A stretch of 64,000 nt of DNA from Eledone cirrhosa (GCA_964016885.1 OZ024741.1:182032001-182096000), one strand, 5' to 3'. Counted from the first letter of the stretch, positions 42,135 to 55,844 are shown. The notes: generated from the letters alone by a model not told the origin. Numbers and translations are program-made.

Positions 42135-42138
42135 CAAT

Positions 42139-42590
42139 ATATTAACAAATGGAAACTATATTTATAAAACCATATTTATTTCATTATACATATTTCAAGG
42201 GCCACCAAGTTAAATTATAGTATGCCTTCATCAGACAAAATACAATATATACCAGTTTTATAAATAAACATTGACGTACCCTTTCAAAATGCAACCGTTA
42301 CTTTTGGAAGACATCAGATATCCTGATGTCTTCCAAAAGTAACGGTTGCATTTTGAAAGGGTACGTCAATGTTTATTTATAAAACTGGTATATATTGTAT
42401 TTTGTCTGATGAAGGCATACCATAATTTAACTTGGTGGCCCTTGAAATATGTATAATAAAATAAATATGGTTTTATAAATATAGTTTCCATTTGTTAATA
42501 TCGTATATCTACTCCAAATACTTGTCGAGTGCTTTATATCAGTTATAAAAATATTTGCTTGTTGTATCCCAACAATTTAAATAGAACTTT

Positions 42591-42593
<3 letters not shown>
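42139..42593 (+). mobile_element. Family B palindrome (42139-42501) with back-to-back hammerheads and a single tail
   Basis: ~180-bp arms centred near 42320; hammerhead on + at 42400-42461 and its inverse at ~42179-42240. Confidence 0.88.
42400..42461 (+). ncRNA. Minimal type I hammerhead ribozyme, family B
   Basis: TTTTGT-CTGATGA-AGG...CTT-GAAA-TATGTATA-ATAAAA. Confidence 0.78.
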
Positions 42594-42643
<50 letters not shown>

Positions 42644-44171
42644 CTCTGTACGTGTGTGTGTGTAAGCCCTGATCGAGTTGACCTATTGTGTGTAGGTAAT
42701 CGGTCGAACGAGAAATAGATATGACCCTGAGATCTTTATCTCGGGATATGCTCTAGTTCTCTCTAGCTGAAGATCATGCTGTACAATCTGGCATTCAGTA
42801 ATATGCGGTAGAATATTGAAGTCTGTGTATAATGTATTGACTTCCCCATTCAGGTTCTTTTGCTTATATCTATGGTGCTCACAATGTAAAACAGGAAAAT
42901 TCGGCTTGAAAGTGACAGCTACTGCGTACCAGCATTTAACCGTTTCTTTCACTATGATACAGCATTATTTTAGACAAATTTTAAACCTGGTGGAGCGCGT
43001 CCTCTATGAACGCACCCGATTTCTTTCAGAGAAGTAGAGTGTGTGATAGAAAAAAAGAAATATAAAGGAAAAAATCTTTACAGTACTGTACTGGTACTTT
43101 TTTTAACGATCTTAAAATGATGAGAAATAAGGTTGACCTGGGCGGATTTTAAACACGGAATGCAGGGAGCAAGAACGAATACCATAAAGCATTACATCCA
43201 ATGTTTTAACAACTCTGCCAATTCGCCAGCTGGTGGGAAATGTGAGATACTTCAATTTCACTGCTTCAAATATGTCGGTGGTGTAAGAAGTGGTAAGAGA
43301 TATGAGACACTTTTTTGTTTCATAGGTGAGGAGAGGAAGAGCTTGTAGAGTTTCGATTACACATATATTATAATAAGGATTCCTAAACATGTTTCTTTGT
43401 GCACTGCATAGTTCTGATGTTTTATTACTCACGAGATTTTAGCTCATAATATAAAGAACCAATTCTTTTCCATGAAATCATATAAACAAATGACTGCTTC
43501 TTTCTCTCCACCAATTTTATTTTGTAAACTGCAATGATATGAATGAGGAATCCATATCATTTTGAATGCTAGGCTATTTTGCGGACTTTCTTTTCAAATT
43601 GCAATATTAATATTACCATGCGGTAAATACGTATTTGGCTTTCTCTTTGGATTAAATTCAATCCAAGACAATGTCTAATATCCCATCATGTAAAAACAGT
43701 GTTGAATTATAAATACCACCAACAGGCTTTCTTCGTTCTTCTACATTCATGAAAATATTTCTTCCCTTCTAAACTATTTTGTAACACAGAATAATAGCTC
43801 ATATATAACAATATTCCTATAAAAACTAAGCCCGGAATCATTATTTTTTTTAATTCACCATTGTAAGTTGCCTCCTTTCATTTTCCCCCCAAAAGTAAAA
43901 GTGATAAACGCCAAAACATACCATTCTTTCCTCGAGTGTTGAAACATTGTGTGAAGTGAAACAAACAGACCGTTCCTATTATTACCATTGAGAGTAAGAA
44001 GGTTGATTGGCAGCATATAGACACGGCCCATAACACCGCGTTCAAATCCCGACGAGGTTAGCTCTGCCTGTCATCCTTACTGTGTCGATAAAATAAAGGA
44101 CCAGTAACACTCCTGAGCAGATTTATTGAACTGAATGTACACATGTAGGCTCGCAAACAATATATATATAC

Positions 44172-44374
44172 ATTTAAATAATTTTGAAAACCAAACAATG
44201 CATTAGAAAGAAAATTAAAGATAATAAAAGAACCATACCACAGCAAATTTGGAGATCATTAAATTTGCTACGGTAAGATTCTTTTGTTATCTTAACGATT
44301 TAATTTTCTTTCTAATGCATTGTTTGGTTTTCAAAATTATTTAAATTTGTGTTTCCTATTCAACAATGCTACAA

Positions 44375-44382
<8 letters not shown>
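44172..44382. repeat. Palindrome (44172-44346) plus one-sided tail between (TA)n tracts
   Basis: ATTTAAATAATTTTGAAAACCAAACAATGCATTAGAAAGAAAATTAAA recurs exactly inverted. Confidence 0.85.
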
Positions 44383-44449
<67 letters not shown>

Positions 44450-44553
44450 CAGATCGTTAAATAATGAACTTTTTTTGTTTAATATAAGGAACTGTTTCAT
44501 TGTTTTATTCATTATTTTTTTAATACTTTATATATGTATATATATATATTTTT

Positions 44554-44790
44554 TTTTTCGCTACAACAGTTAGCATATCTCCGATGATGTATGCTTTAAT
44601 TGCGTGGTACCAGGTGTGTAAAGCAGACTGGTGATCTTGTGAGTACGCATGTGAAACTCCAGAGTAACAAGACCTATTAGTTAGCCACTATTATTTAAAT
44701 AAAGAATATTTAAACTCTACTTCGGTATTGAGTACTCATTCTCCCGTCCGTCATTAACACTCACATATGCACACACACACACACATACAT

Positions 44791-44838
<48 letters not shown>

Positions 44839-44855
44839 ATATATATATATATAAA

Positions 44856-44887
<32 letters not shown>

Positions 44888-45299
44888 TGCGTGTGTGCAT
44901 GTGTGAGTGTTAATGACGGGCGGGAGAATGAGTACTCAATACCGAAGTAGAGTTTAAATATTCTTTATTTAAATAATTGTTTCTATTTTAGGCACAAGGC
45001 CAGCAATAACCCAGTACATTACTAGTACTTTATTTTATCAACCCCGTAAGGATGAAAGGCAAAGTTAACCTCGACGGGATTTGAACTCAAACCGTAAAGG
45101 GATGTAACTATGCTAGAAAGCATGGCGTCCAACCTTCTACTGATACTGCCAATTCAAAATAATAGTGGCTAAATAATAGGGCTTGTTACTCTGGAGTTTC
45201 ACATGCGTACTCACAAGATCACCAGTCTGATTTACACACCTGGTACCACGCAATTAAAGCATACATCATCGGAGATATACTAACTGTTGTAGCGAAAAA
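44554..45299. repeat. Large tail-to-tail inverted repeat around a microsatellite; SINE (44976-45155, -) inserted in right arm
   Basis: 44554-44775 pairs with 44892-44977 + 45158-45299; the SINE is flanked by AAATAAT duplicates. Confidence 0.9.
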
Positions 45300-45441
45300 T
45301 CAACTCTGAAATTCTACCCGTCGATACATCACAAAAAACTTATATCACTACTATTTATATAAATGAGAGCTGTCTGAAGAGATCGTATCTGAAAATTTTC
45401 ATTTACGTAATAGGAATCAAGCGCAGCCAGCTTATCAGTTT

Positions 45442-45488
<47 letters not shown>

Positions 45489-45494
45489 CACACT

Positions 45495-45547
<53 letters not shown>

Positions 45548-45560
45548 AGACACACACACA

Positions 45561-45615
<55 letters not shown>

Positions 45616-46608
45616 CCAGCAACTGTTCATCATACAAAATCTATATAAACTCTAGTTTCATATTTCATATCAAGGGAGTTTCACTCACGAGTCTTCTTGG
45701 TCGATGCGGCACTATAAGAAAAAAACCTGAAACCACTTGATTTAGAAACGATTTTCTTAACTAAATGGCCAGGAAATGGTCAATCGCATACAGGGAATAA
45801 ACGTAATAGGATACAGAAAAATGTAGAAGTTTCAAAGGAACAAAAATTGCTGTGGCAACGAGGAAGACACTGACGTGGAAATACACTTGATTAAAGTCCG
45901 CAGTTTAATGCTAATGATGACTAACAATACAGCGAAATATTGCATTATTTCAACGCATTAAAGGTCAGTTCACGGTCAAAAGCAGTAAAAAGGCATTGCG
46001 TCATTTCTTTCATCTCTTTATAATCTAAGTTCGGTGTTGATAAAATAAAGTAGCAGGTAAGTACTGGGGCTCTAATACACTTTAACCCGCCCCTCCCCCC
46101 AAAAAAAATTAGATGGCTTCGTACATAAATTCGAAGATTCAGTGCGCCGGACGGTAAAAATTGGTAGAGCATCGAACAAAATATTACGCAAAATTCTTCC
46201 AAATATTATTGGTTCAAATGCCTCTGAATTCAAATTTATATTTTATCGTTCTGTGATCGATGAAACAAAGTACCTCACAAGTACTAGAGTTGATACAATC
46301 GACACTTCCACTCAATAAAAAAATAAAACAACTACAACAAAAAACAAAAACAAAAACTAGAATTGCTGGTTTGTGGCAAAATTGGACACCTTAATTTAAA
46401 ATGTAATCAATAATATTAAACAATAATATTATGGTGACGTCATTTTGTGTTGATAAAACGAATCTTACATATGACTGGCGGTTAGTTACAAAGTTCAATA
46501 CTTTTATGACAATATCTTTACTAAACAGCATTGAACCTTACAACTAGGAATAACTTGAGATTGTGTTATGAACTGTCACTGTCATCTTACAATACAACAA
46601 TGGACGTT

Positions 46609-46689
<81 letters not shown>

Positions 46690-46971
46690 CACACACACGC
46701 ACACGCACACGCACACATATATATATATATAAAAACAAATAACGAAACGAAATTAAATTTCGTTTCGCTTCTAACTCACTTTTGTATGACTGACTCCTTG
46801 AAAACTCGTATGACTTTAAAACCCGGTTCGTCTGTTTGTTTACATACAGACTAGCTGGACACTCACTGTAAAGTGTCTAGTGAAAAACTCGGTACATGTA
46901 CATATGTATACATGTGTGTATTTATATGCATACTAGTACTTCCGTATACATATGTAGATGTACACTTTAAC

Positions 46972-47024
<53 letters not shown>

Positions 47025-47031
<7 letters not shown>

Positions 47032-47290
47032 AACTAAAATATATAAATAAGTCAAATATTTAAAATTTTAAATTTGGCTTATTTTATTACTGCTATATAT
47101 ATTTCGGTGACAGCCATCACCGAAATATATATAGCAGTAATAAACGAAGCCAAATTTTAAATATTTGACTTATTTATTTGTTTTAGTTTATTTTACATTA
47201 CTCCGGAGTAACAAAACCATCCTGCGCACTTCGTCGAGTGCTCCAATCTGCATACTTAGGTGTCGGCAAATAACCAACATGTACTAAAAA
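47025..47290 (+). mobile_element. Palindrome (47025-47195) with half-hammerhead and single tail
   Basis: Centre GGTGA-CAGCCA-TCACC, followed by GAAA-TATATA-TA-GCAG; tail TTACTC...GTCGAGTGCT. Confidence 0.8.
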
Positions 47291-47499
47291 AAAAATAATA
47301 AAATATATATATATATATATTTACATATGTATATATATATTTATGTATAACTTTATATATAGGTATATATGTTTATGTATATATGTGTACGTATATATAT
47401 ATATATATATATATTAATATAAGCAGAACAAGCAAAATTCAACCAATTTTTTAAAATAAATTAAAAAATATAATTTAAATATTTACCTATTCATATGGC

Positions 47500-47576
47500 T
47501 CTTACCGATCGGTTTCGCCTTGTAAAACACCAGAGACCCAATGGATTTCTAATGGAAAATCAAGGCTCATCAGAGA
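47500..47576 (-). ncRNA. Type I hammerhead ribozyme (array, inverted unit)
   Basis: Reverse complement of 48272-48348. Confidence 0.88.
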
Positions 47577-48271
47577 AGCATTTTCCTTTCCTAGGGCTAA
47601 AGACCCAGGAACGATAAAATATATTGTTATCTGCCAGCTAGCACAGATCCAAAAGGCCGAAAAATGACCTGTACGTGAACTACCCGAGGTTAAAGCGGGA
47701 AAAACATAGACGTGTTGTCTATCTCGTTACTAAAAATAGCAGCTAAATAGAATCAACATGATTGTTCTCAACAAATGGAGGGTGATAGAAGAAGTTAGTA
47801 AGCCCGTGGGTACTAAGTACCCCTGGAAATACATAGGTTGTCTATGATTTAAGGTTGTTCTATGGTATCAATTTGACATACCAGAACTATAATATTAATA
47901 TAAGCAGAACAAGCAAAATTCAACCAATTTTTTAAAATAAATTAAAAAATATAATTTAAATATTTACCTATTCATATGGCTCTTACCGATCGGTTTCGCC
48001 TTGTAAAACACCAGAGACCCAATGGATTTCTAATGGAAAATCAAGGCTCATAACTTCTTCTATCACCCTCCATTTGTTGAGAACAATCATGTTGATTCTA
48101 TTTAGCTGCTATTTTTAGTAACGAGATAGACAACACGTCTATGTTTTTCCCGCTTTAACCTCGGGTAGTTCACGTACAGGTCATTTTTCGGCCTTTTGGA
48201 TCTGTGCTAGCTGGCAGATAACAATATATTTTATCGTTCCTGGGTCTTTAGCCCTAGGAAAGGAAAATGCT

Positions 48272-48348
48272 TCTCTGATGAGCCTTGATTTTCCATTAGA
48301 AATCCATTGGGTCTCTGGTGTTTTACAAGGCGAAACCGATCGGTAAGA
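48272..48348 (+). ncRNA. Type I hammerhead ribozyme (array unit 1)
   Basis: TCT-CTGATGA-GCCTTG...CAAGGC-GAAA-CCGATCGG-TA-AGA; canonical core, GUA site ending at 48345. Confidence 0.9.
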
Positions 48349-48752
48349 GCCATATGAATAGGTAAATATTTAAATTATATTTTTTAATTTATTTTAAAAA
48401 ATTGGTTGAATTTTGCTTGTTCTGCTTATATTAATATTATAGTTCTGGTATGTCAAATTGATACCATAGAACAACCTTAAATCATAGACAACCTATGTAT
48501 TTCCAGGGGTACTTAGTACCCACGGGCTTACTAACTTCTTCTATCACCCTCCATTTGTTGAGAACAATCATGTTGATTCTATTTAGCTGCTATTTTTAGT
48601 AACGAGATAGACAACACGTCTATGTTTTTCCCGCTTTAACCTCGGGTAGTTCACGTACAGGTCATTTTTCGGCCTTTTGGATCTGTGCTAGCTGGCAGAT
48701 AACAATATATTTTATCGTTCCTGGGTCTTTAGCCCTAGGAAAGGAAAATGCT

Positions 48753-48829
48753 TCTCTGATGAGCCTTGATTTTCCATTAGAAATCCATTGGGTCTCTGGT
48801 GTTTTACAAGGCGAAACCGATCGGTAAGA
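48753..48829 (+). ncRNA. Type I hammerhead ribozyme (array unit 2)
   Basis: Same motif 481 nt downstream; GUA site ending at 48826. Confidence 0.9.
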
Positions 48830-49132
48830 GCCATATGAATAGGTAAATATTTAAATTATATTTTTTAATTTATTTTAAAAAATTGGTTGAATTTTGCTTG
48901 TTCTGCTTATATTAATATTATAGTTCTGGTATGTCAAATTGATACCATAGAACAACCTTAAATCATAGACAACCTATGTATTTCCAGGGGTACTTAGTAC
49001 CCACGGGCTTACTAACTTCTTCTATATATATATATATGTATATGTATATGTATATATATATGTATATGTATATCTGCATATATACCTATATATGTATATA
49101 TATATATATGTATATGTATATCTGCATATATA

Positions 49133-49205
<73 letters not shown>

Positions 49206-49275
49206 ATATATACCTATATATATATATATATATATATCCATATATACCTATATATATATATATATATATATATAA

Positions 49276-49695
49276 TCAATGATATTAAATAAATGGAAAC
49301 TATATTTATAAAACCATATTTATTCTGTTATATATATTTCAAAGGTACCAAAAACTTTGGTACGCTTTCATCAGATAAAATATAAAGAGTGTTTTATAAG
49401 GAAACCATACCTTATCAGTTGAATTTTCCTTGGGTAGTCAAAATTCAACTGATAAGGTATGGTTTCCTTGGGTCTGTCAAAATTTATAAAACACTCTTTG
49501 TATTTTATCTGATGAAAGCGTACCAAAGTTTTTGGTACGCTTGAAATATATATAATAGAATAAATATGGTTTTATAAATATAGTTTCCATTTATTTAATA
49601 TCATTGAATATTTACTCCAGAAATTGTCGAGTGGTCTGAATCAATTATAAACATTTATATTTGTTGAATTTCCAACAAATTAAATATCCCTTCTA

Positions 49696-49698
<3 letters not shown>
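49276..49698 (+). mobile_element. Family B palindrome (49276-49607) with back-to-back hammerheads and a single tail
   Basis: Inverted arms with a nested central hairpin (~49398-49469); hammerhead on + at 49503-49560, inverse at ~49324-49380. Confidence 0.88.
49503..49560 (+). ncRNA. Minimal type I hammerhead ribozyme, family B
   Basis: TTTTAT-CTGATGA-AAGCGTACCAAA/TTTGGTACGCTT (perfect 12-bp stem II)-GAAA-TATATATA-ATAGAA. Confidence 0.88.
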
Positions 49699-49755
<57 letters not shown>

Positions 49756-49757
<2 letters not shown>

Positions 49758-49875
49758 GGAACGAGTAGGACCCCGACGGCTGTGCTATTACCTATTACCC
49801 ACTCTACTACCCTAAGTATTGAGTACTTTGGTGCGTTATGGTCCACCTGGTTCCTTACCACATTTCCTTCGTTAT
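49756..49875 (+). mobile_element. Very short PLE family A terminus (tiny inverted piece + tail)
   Basis: TAGGAACGAGTAGGACCCCGACGGCTG (inverted) fused to CCTATTACCCACTC...CCTTCGTTA. Confidence 0.8.
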
Positions 49876-50607
49876 ATATACATATATATATGTGTGTGTA
49901 TATACGTATATATATACTTGAATATATATATATATATACATGTATATTTTTATACATATATAAATATATATATATGTGTGTATGTATGTGTGTGTATGTG
50001 CGCGCGCGCGCGCGCGTGTGTGTGTGCAGCAATATCCGTAGGCGTGAAGGGAAAGAGGAACCAGGTGCATATATATATATTTTTTTCTCTGTAACACATT
50101 CACACATAGAACTGACTGAACACACGTAACTCAATTGTGGAAGCCACACACATAATAAAATGTACACTTAGCATGAACAGAAAACACTAAAGAAAAGTAA
50201 CAGCTGCAACTTAAAGAATGAAGACAGAATAGGGGTAATAACACGAACAGCGAAAGCTATAAACTACATAAAATACTTCAAGATATGACAAACACAAAGA
50301 CTCACACAAACACATAGGTGAAGGGGCAAATAGGATGCAGCCACCGACGTGAGTCAAAGAAAATGCACCACAAAACAAAAAGACAAGATGGAGTAGAAGT
50401 TTAAGAAAGGAAATAAGAAAAGACAAAAAAAGTAGATAGTCATTGAGGAAATGTGGAGGTCAAAAATATGTTACGAAAGAAAAGATAAAGAAATATTTAC
50501 CTATTTACTTAGAGCGTCCCTACATCAGTTCCATTGAGGAGACGCGGCATTTTGACCTGGGGAAATCTCAAATCATCAGGTAACATTTTCAAATCTGGAA
50601 GAATATA

Positions 50608-51066
50608 ATAATACTTTCTACTTTTGGCACAAGGCCAGCAATTAACCAGTGCATTACTGGTACTTTATTTTATCAACCGTGTAAGTATGAAAGGAAAAGT
50701 TAACCTCGGTGGGATTTGAACTCAGATCATAAAGGGACGTAACTCTATGCTGCAAAGCATGGTGTCAGATCCTTTACCGATATTGCCAATATAATAATTG
50801 TTTCTACTTTTGGCACAAGGCCAGCAATTATACCAGTGTATTACTGGTACTTTATTTTATCGACCCCGTAAGGATGCCAATACAATAATAGTTTCTACCT
50901 TTGGCACAAGGCCAGCAATTACCCAGTGCATAACTGGTACTTTATTTTATCGACCCCGTAAGGATGAAAGGCAAAATTTAACCTCGGCGGAATTTGAACC
51001 CAGAATGGCAAGGGTCGTAACTCAATGCGTCAAAGCATGGCGTCTGACCCTCTACCGATACTGCCA
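50608..51066 (-). mobile_element. Three tandem SINE copies
   Basis: Minus-strand SINE tail/core/head repeated three times (middle copy partial). Confidence 0.88.
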
Positions 51067-51381
51067 TAAGTGTTTAGATCGATATTCAGTGATTTCGATG
51101 TTGTTGTGAAATATTGTATGCCGTCGGACTTTTGAATTCCAGACTAGGAGGATACTGGTTGTTTCAATTTATGAAATTGTGAGTACTTTAACGTTTTTCA
51201 TATGTTAATCTGTCGATACAATAATTACACCGTTTTTATAGCTTCGGCCTCTGGCGGAGAATGTTGTCTTACAAATAATTCTAAGCGTGTGCTCTAAATG
51301 AATTTGCTGAGCAAATTGAAAGCAACGAAATCGAAATCCCTGGATATCGATCTAAACCATTATGATATTAAAAAAAAAAAA

Positions 51382-51598
51382 GGGTAAAGACCCCCTTCTG
51401 TCACGAATGACCATGGGATTTGCACCTAGAAAGTTTTTCCTCCGAGGCACAAGTCCAGTCAAGGTTGTTTGTGGAATAGTCGCCCATGCATACCAGTCTC
51501 CCCTCTCCACGCCACCGATGAGGTCCAAGGGAAAGGCAATGGCCGATACAGCTTGGCACCAGAGACGCCGCAACTCATTTCTACAGCTGAGTAAACTT
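51382..51598 (-). mobile_element. Interspersed repeat resembling a common octopus SINE body
   Basis: AAAGACCCCCTT...ATGACCATGGGATT...GCACCTAGAAAG...GCAACTCATTTCTACAGCTGAGT; recognised from memory, not searched. Confidence 0.55.
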
Positions 51599-51869
51599 GA
51601 GAGGACTGGTTGAAGCAGTCTAGCGCTGAACCTTTTCTAAAAATTGAAAAGGTACAGATTTTCGAATAAAACAGAATTATTAGCGTGTCTCTAATAGTTC
51701 GTAACCTCTATTCTATGAGCAGGTAGTATATAGCGAAGCGTTTATAATTAAATGTGAAAATTTATTTCATGACAGAAGAACTACAAGAATTTAAAACATC
51801 ATATTTCATTTTGCGGCTTATATATTTAATTAAAAATTTCATATTTGCCGAAGCCAGTGTGTGCCACAG

Positions 51870-51961
<92 letters not shown>

Positions 51962-52289
51962 CATAAAGCGGTGAATTGGTAGAGTCGTTAGAACGTCTGA
52001 TAGAATGTTTTGCGGTATTCGATTCGGATCAAATCCCGTCGAAGTCAACTTCGCCTTTCATCCATTTAATGTCGATAAAAATGTACCAGTCAACTACTTT
52101 GGTCAATTCTTCCTCCATATCTATTTCACACTTCCATTATGTTTCTTTCTATCCTTCTTTGAAAGAAATCTGCTGTGTTCAGACCTAGAGAATAGAGAAG
52201 ATATGGGCTCCGTCAGGGTTAATAAATGCACTAGATTAAAAAACGCCGTATGTCAATGCAGTGCCCATACGACTCCCTCGGGAGTTACG

Positions 52290-52900
52290 GACCATATATA
52301 CATATGAGTTTGTATATCTCAGTCACAAGCTATCATCAAACAACAATGTAATTGTCGCTGTGCAGTATCCCATCGCACTAGGTTGGGCAGCTTTCAACAG
52401 GAACAAAGAAATGTTAACATCAAAGCAAGTTTCTTATCATTTGTAGATTAAAATCTTTGACACTTACGTCCTACCAGTTTTGTTATATGGTTTTGATTGT
52501 GTTAACTGGACGACAAGGTCACTTCAGAAGCTCTCACATTCCAGAACTACATCATGAGACCTATGACGAACAAACGACTCAGTACCATATCTCTATCAAT
52601 GGCCTACTCAATATTACAAAGCTTAAACCAATCACATCAGTTATCAAGTCAAGAGTACTTAAAATGTATGGTCATATCAAAAGATCAACCCGTGATGTGA
52701 GTGAGTTATGCCTAGAAGGATAGAAGGAAAGTTAGCCGGTAAGAGAAGCAAAGGTCGACTGCCAAAAGGCTGGCTTGATGATGTCAACTAATGGACTGGA
52801 CTTGACCTTTGCTCTTTCAATTCTGCTGTTGATGATCGAACTTTGTGCAGAAGAATATCTCATGTTCATGCGCAGTCTGGAATAGGGGGAATGAGCCTCC
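52290..52900 (+). mobile_element. Decayed RTE-type LINE 3' fragment
   Basis: FVYLSH...IALGWAAF; IFDTYVLPVLLYG; IKSRVLKMYGHIKR; GKRSKGRLPK.W. Confidence 0.75.
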
Positions 52901-54211
52901 AGGAGAGACATACTTATGGAACATAATAGAGAGTACGACTAATTTTTATATGAATAATATTTCTAATTAGTTCTAAAATACAATTGTCTTCCACAGTCGG
53001 CTTGTATCTAATTTATTAATGTGCGTGTGTGGACGAATTTTTTATACGGGAGTCTCGTTCTGACTTGAACTTTTCAATGTGTTTTCTTCGACACGTGTTG
53101 TTCTCTTGAAAAAAACAAATGTTTTTCCCGTTTTCTTCTCTTCCTTTCAATCTTCTAATGAAAGACTAAAGTCCGAAACGTTGAGATTGTTTCCTCCTCT
53201 ATCAAGCGTTAAACTCTTACATATCATCATTGTATTTTTCACTCGTTTTGTTTCCCCCTCTTGACCTTTCTTATAAACGCACACTTTCACACACACAGTG
53301 CGTTTCGCCAAACTTCAAGTATCATTGTAAAATCCGTCTCCTTCCCAATCGTCAGTGTCGTTATATGTTTATGAACTATGAAATTATGCGAGCAGTAGTA
53401 ATCCTTTCTTTGATACAAAATACACTAGTGTAAACGCTACATTTAAAACTGTATATTTGTACATGTGAATACACATGCATTCAGTCGGATTAAGCTTGCA
53501 TGAGGCCTCTGCGCATTATTTATTGCAGCAAACATTGACTTTGTTTCCCTTTAAATATTGTAGCGCCCCTGGCTACAGCACAGTGACTGTATACGTACAC
53601 ATAGGTCAAGGACATTTAGAAGCGAAGCTCAATACATGATGTATGTCTCGACTGCACTTCTAAGACAACAGACAAGTATATAGTGGTGATTTTAACAAAA
53701 TGTCAATTATGTTAAAGACCTTAGTAGTTAATCCGGCAACATTTACTGCAGGACAACTAGATAATAACTGTGAACGAAATAATTTAACATTGCTTGGTTG
53801 TTAAGCTAAAGCTATTTACCAGTCAGCACAGGAAATAGTTCAGCCAGTAAATTTATAAATGGATTAAGACTGTTCTAGAAATTGGTTCATTAACAGAAAC
53901 CTTATTGCTTGTTTTAAAAGCGTCTATATTTCCAATAATTGTATCTACTTTTATTAGTCGTACAGAAATACACACGAAGATGAGTGTGGTCGATACAATA
54001 AGATAACATATAATAATTATTTTTTCGAAAACATTTTCAAGTTTTCATATCACAAACGCAAACGTAACTGTGTTAGAAGTCTGATTCGCAACCAATTGGC
54101 TCCGGTTTCGATCACACTGCGCGACACCTCAAGCAGTAGTCTTAAGTTGACCAATTCCACAACACAATTACGAATGGAATTTTGTGAACGTGAACTGTGC
54201 TGAAGTCCGTC

Positions 54212-54254
<43 letters not shown>

Positions 54255-54419
54255 TATATATTCCAATTCCAACCCGCCCGTCCCTTCAATCTATCTCTCA
54301 TTCTTTCTCATTATTTTTCATTATTTCATCCTTACGGGGTCGATAAAATAAAGTACCAGTAATACACTGGGTAATTGCTGCCCTTGTGCCAAAAGTAGAA
54401 ACAATTATTTTTCATTATT

Positions 54420-54672
<253 letters not shown>

Positions 54673-55668
54673 TGGGGTCTTCTGAATGTGTATATTAGGT
54701 ACTGTGTTATTTCGTGTTACTTTGTGATTTTATCGTGTGTAACGGTTTGTGCGTTCGCTCGACAAATCTGTGGTTCTAAGTCTCTAATGGACTCGAATTG
54801 TTTTTCATAACCGTCTCAAACGAAAAGTGTATGTCTTGTGTTATTTATGTCGGCACATATTTTTCTTTGGTGCTAGTGGAGTTGCTATACTCGGATTATG
54901 CACGTGTCACTGTATATTCGGTGGCTGTTGTGACACAATTATCTATTGAATTGTATCAAACTAGTGAATATTTTTAATCTAGTACTTTATATCTTAATGT
55001 TGGATTGTTTTTAGAATATCAAGACAAATAGTCGAGTTTCATCGGTGAACTTCTTTGCATAATCTCTCTCGCATTTATATCCGTGATAAGTTGATTTTTT
55101 TTCTTGCCTGTTAAAAACGTTTTCGTGATTAGAAAGCTTTTTAGCAGCATTATACAGAAAATATCAAAAATAGTTTGACATAAACTTTTATAAGGTAAAA
55201 AAATATTCTTAACTCTTGGTAGAGTCAAAGGAATGGTGTTATCACACACGGCGTGTCTTGGACATAAAATCTGGTGGATCCCATTCTTCTCCAAGTGAAA
55301 ACACGCACCGTTTCAACCAGTGAAAGAGAGAACCGATTCCAATAATGGATTGCTATTTCGTTCATTGACATCGAAAGGATGAAAGCCAGAAGTCAATCTC
55401 TGCGGCATGTGAACTCTGAGTGCCAGAAGCTGAAACAAATACCAAGACATTTTTAATCCAACACCCTAAGGACTCTGCCAATTCGCCACCTTAAAGTTCA
55501 GTAAAGGGTAAGATAAATTCTTTTTTTATTTTCTAGTTTTAATTAAAATTGGTATATTTCCCGAACATTCCGGCTTTTGATAGATAAACCGGAATAAACA
55601 TATTAAAAAATTTAACGGCTTTTTCTTAAGAATTATTAATTTTCTTCTAATGAATGATAGGTCTAGAT

Positions 55669-55844
55669 CAGGCAGAGGAAACCTTTTTAGAGAAGCGGGT
55701 CGCATGAGATATGGCTCATCATCAGGCAGGCCGCAAGCGCTGATTTACACTCGTGCCCACATTAAAAAAGGGCGGAGACCCAGGTAGTTCTGACTTAGGC
55801 GAACCATTCAGAAAGCTTCGCGGGCCGCAGGTTGCCTATGACTG
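55669..55844. mobile_element. hAT (Charlie-like) MITE
   Basis: 8-bp TSD GTCTAGAT at 55661-55668 and 55845-55852; imperfect 16-bp TIRs CAGGCAGAGGAAACCT / AGGTTGCCTATGACTG. Confidence 0.88.

Larger units (their letters stand above)
47412..49023. mobile_element. 481-bp hammerhead-containing tandem repeat with an inversion (retrozyme-like or PLE pseudo-LTR array)
   Basis: About 1.3 units on - (47412-48050), then two units on + (48051-49023); units appear identical; no ORF; (TA)n flanks. Confidence 0.92.

Noticed and set aside
42683-43790. Possible host exons on the minus strand (89-aa ORF; GTGAGT donor near 43432)
   Set aside because: No recognisable protein motif, and stops in the frames checked; cannot be supported without RNA data.
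44578-44670. Complete hammerhead in the arms of the 44554-45299 repeat
   Set aside because: Core reads CCGAUGA, stem II is weak and stem I could not be closed; mentioned only as possibly decayed.
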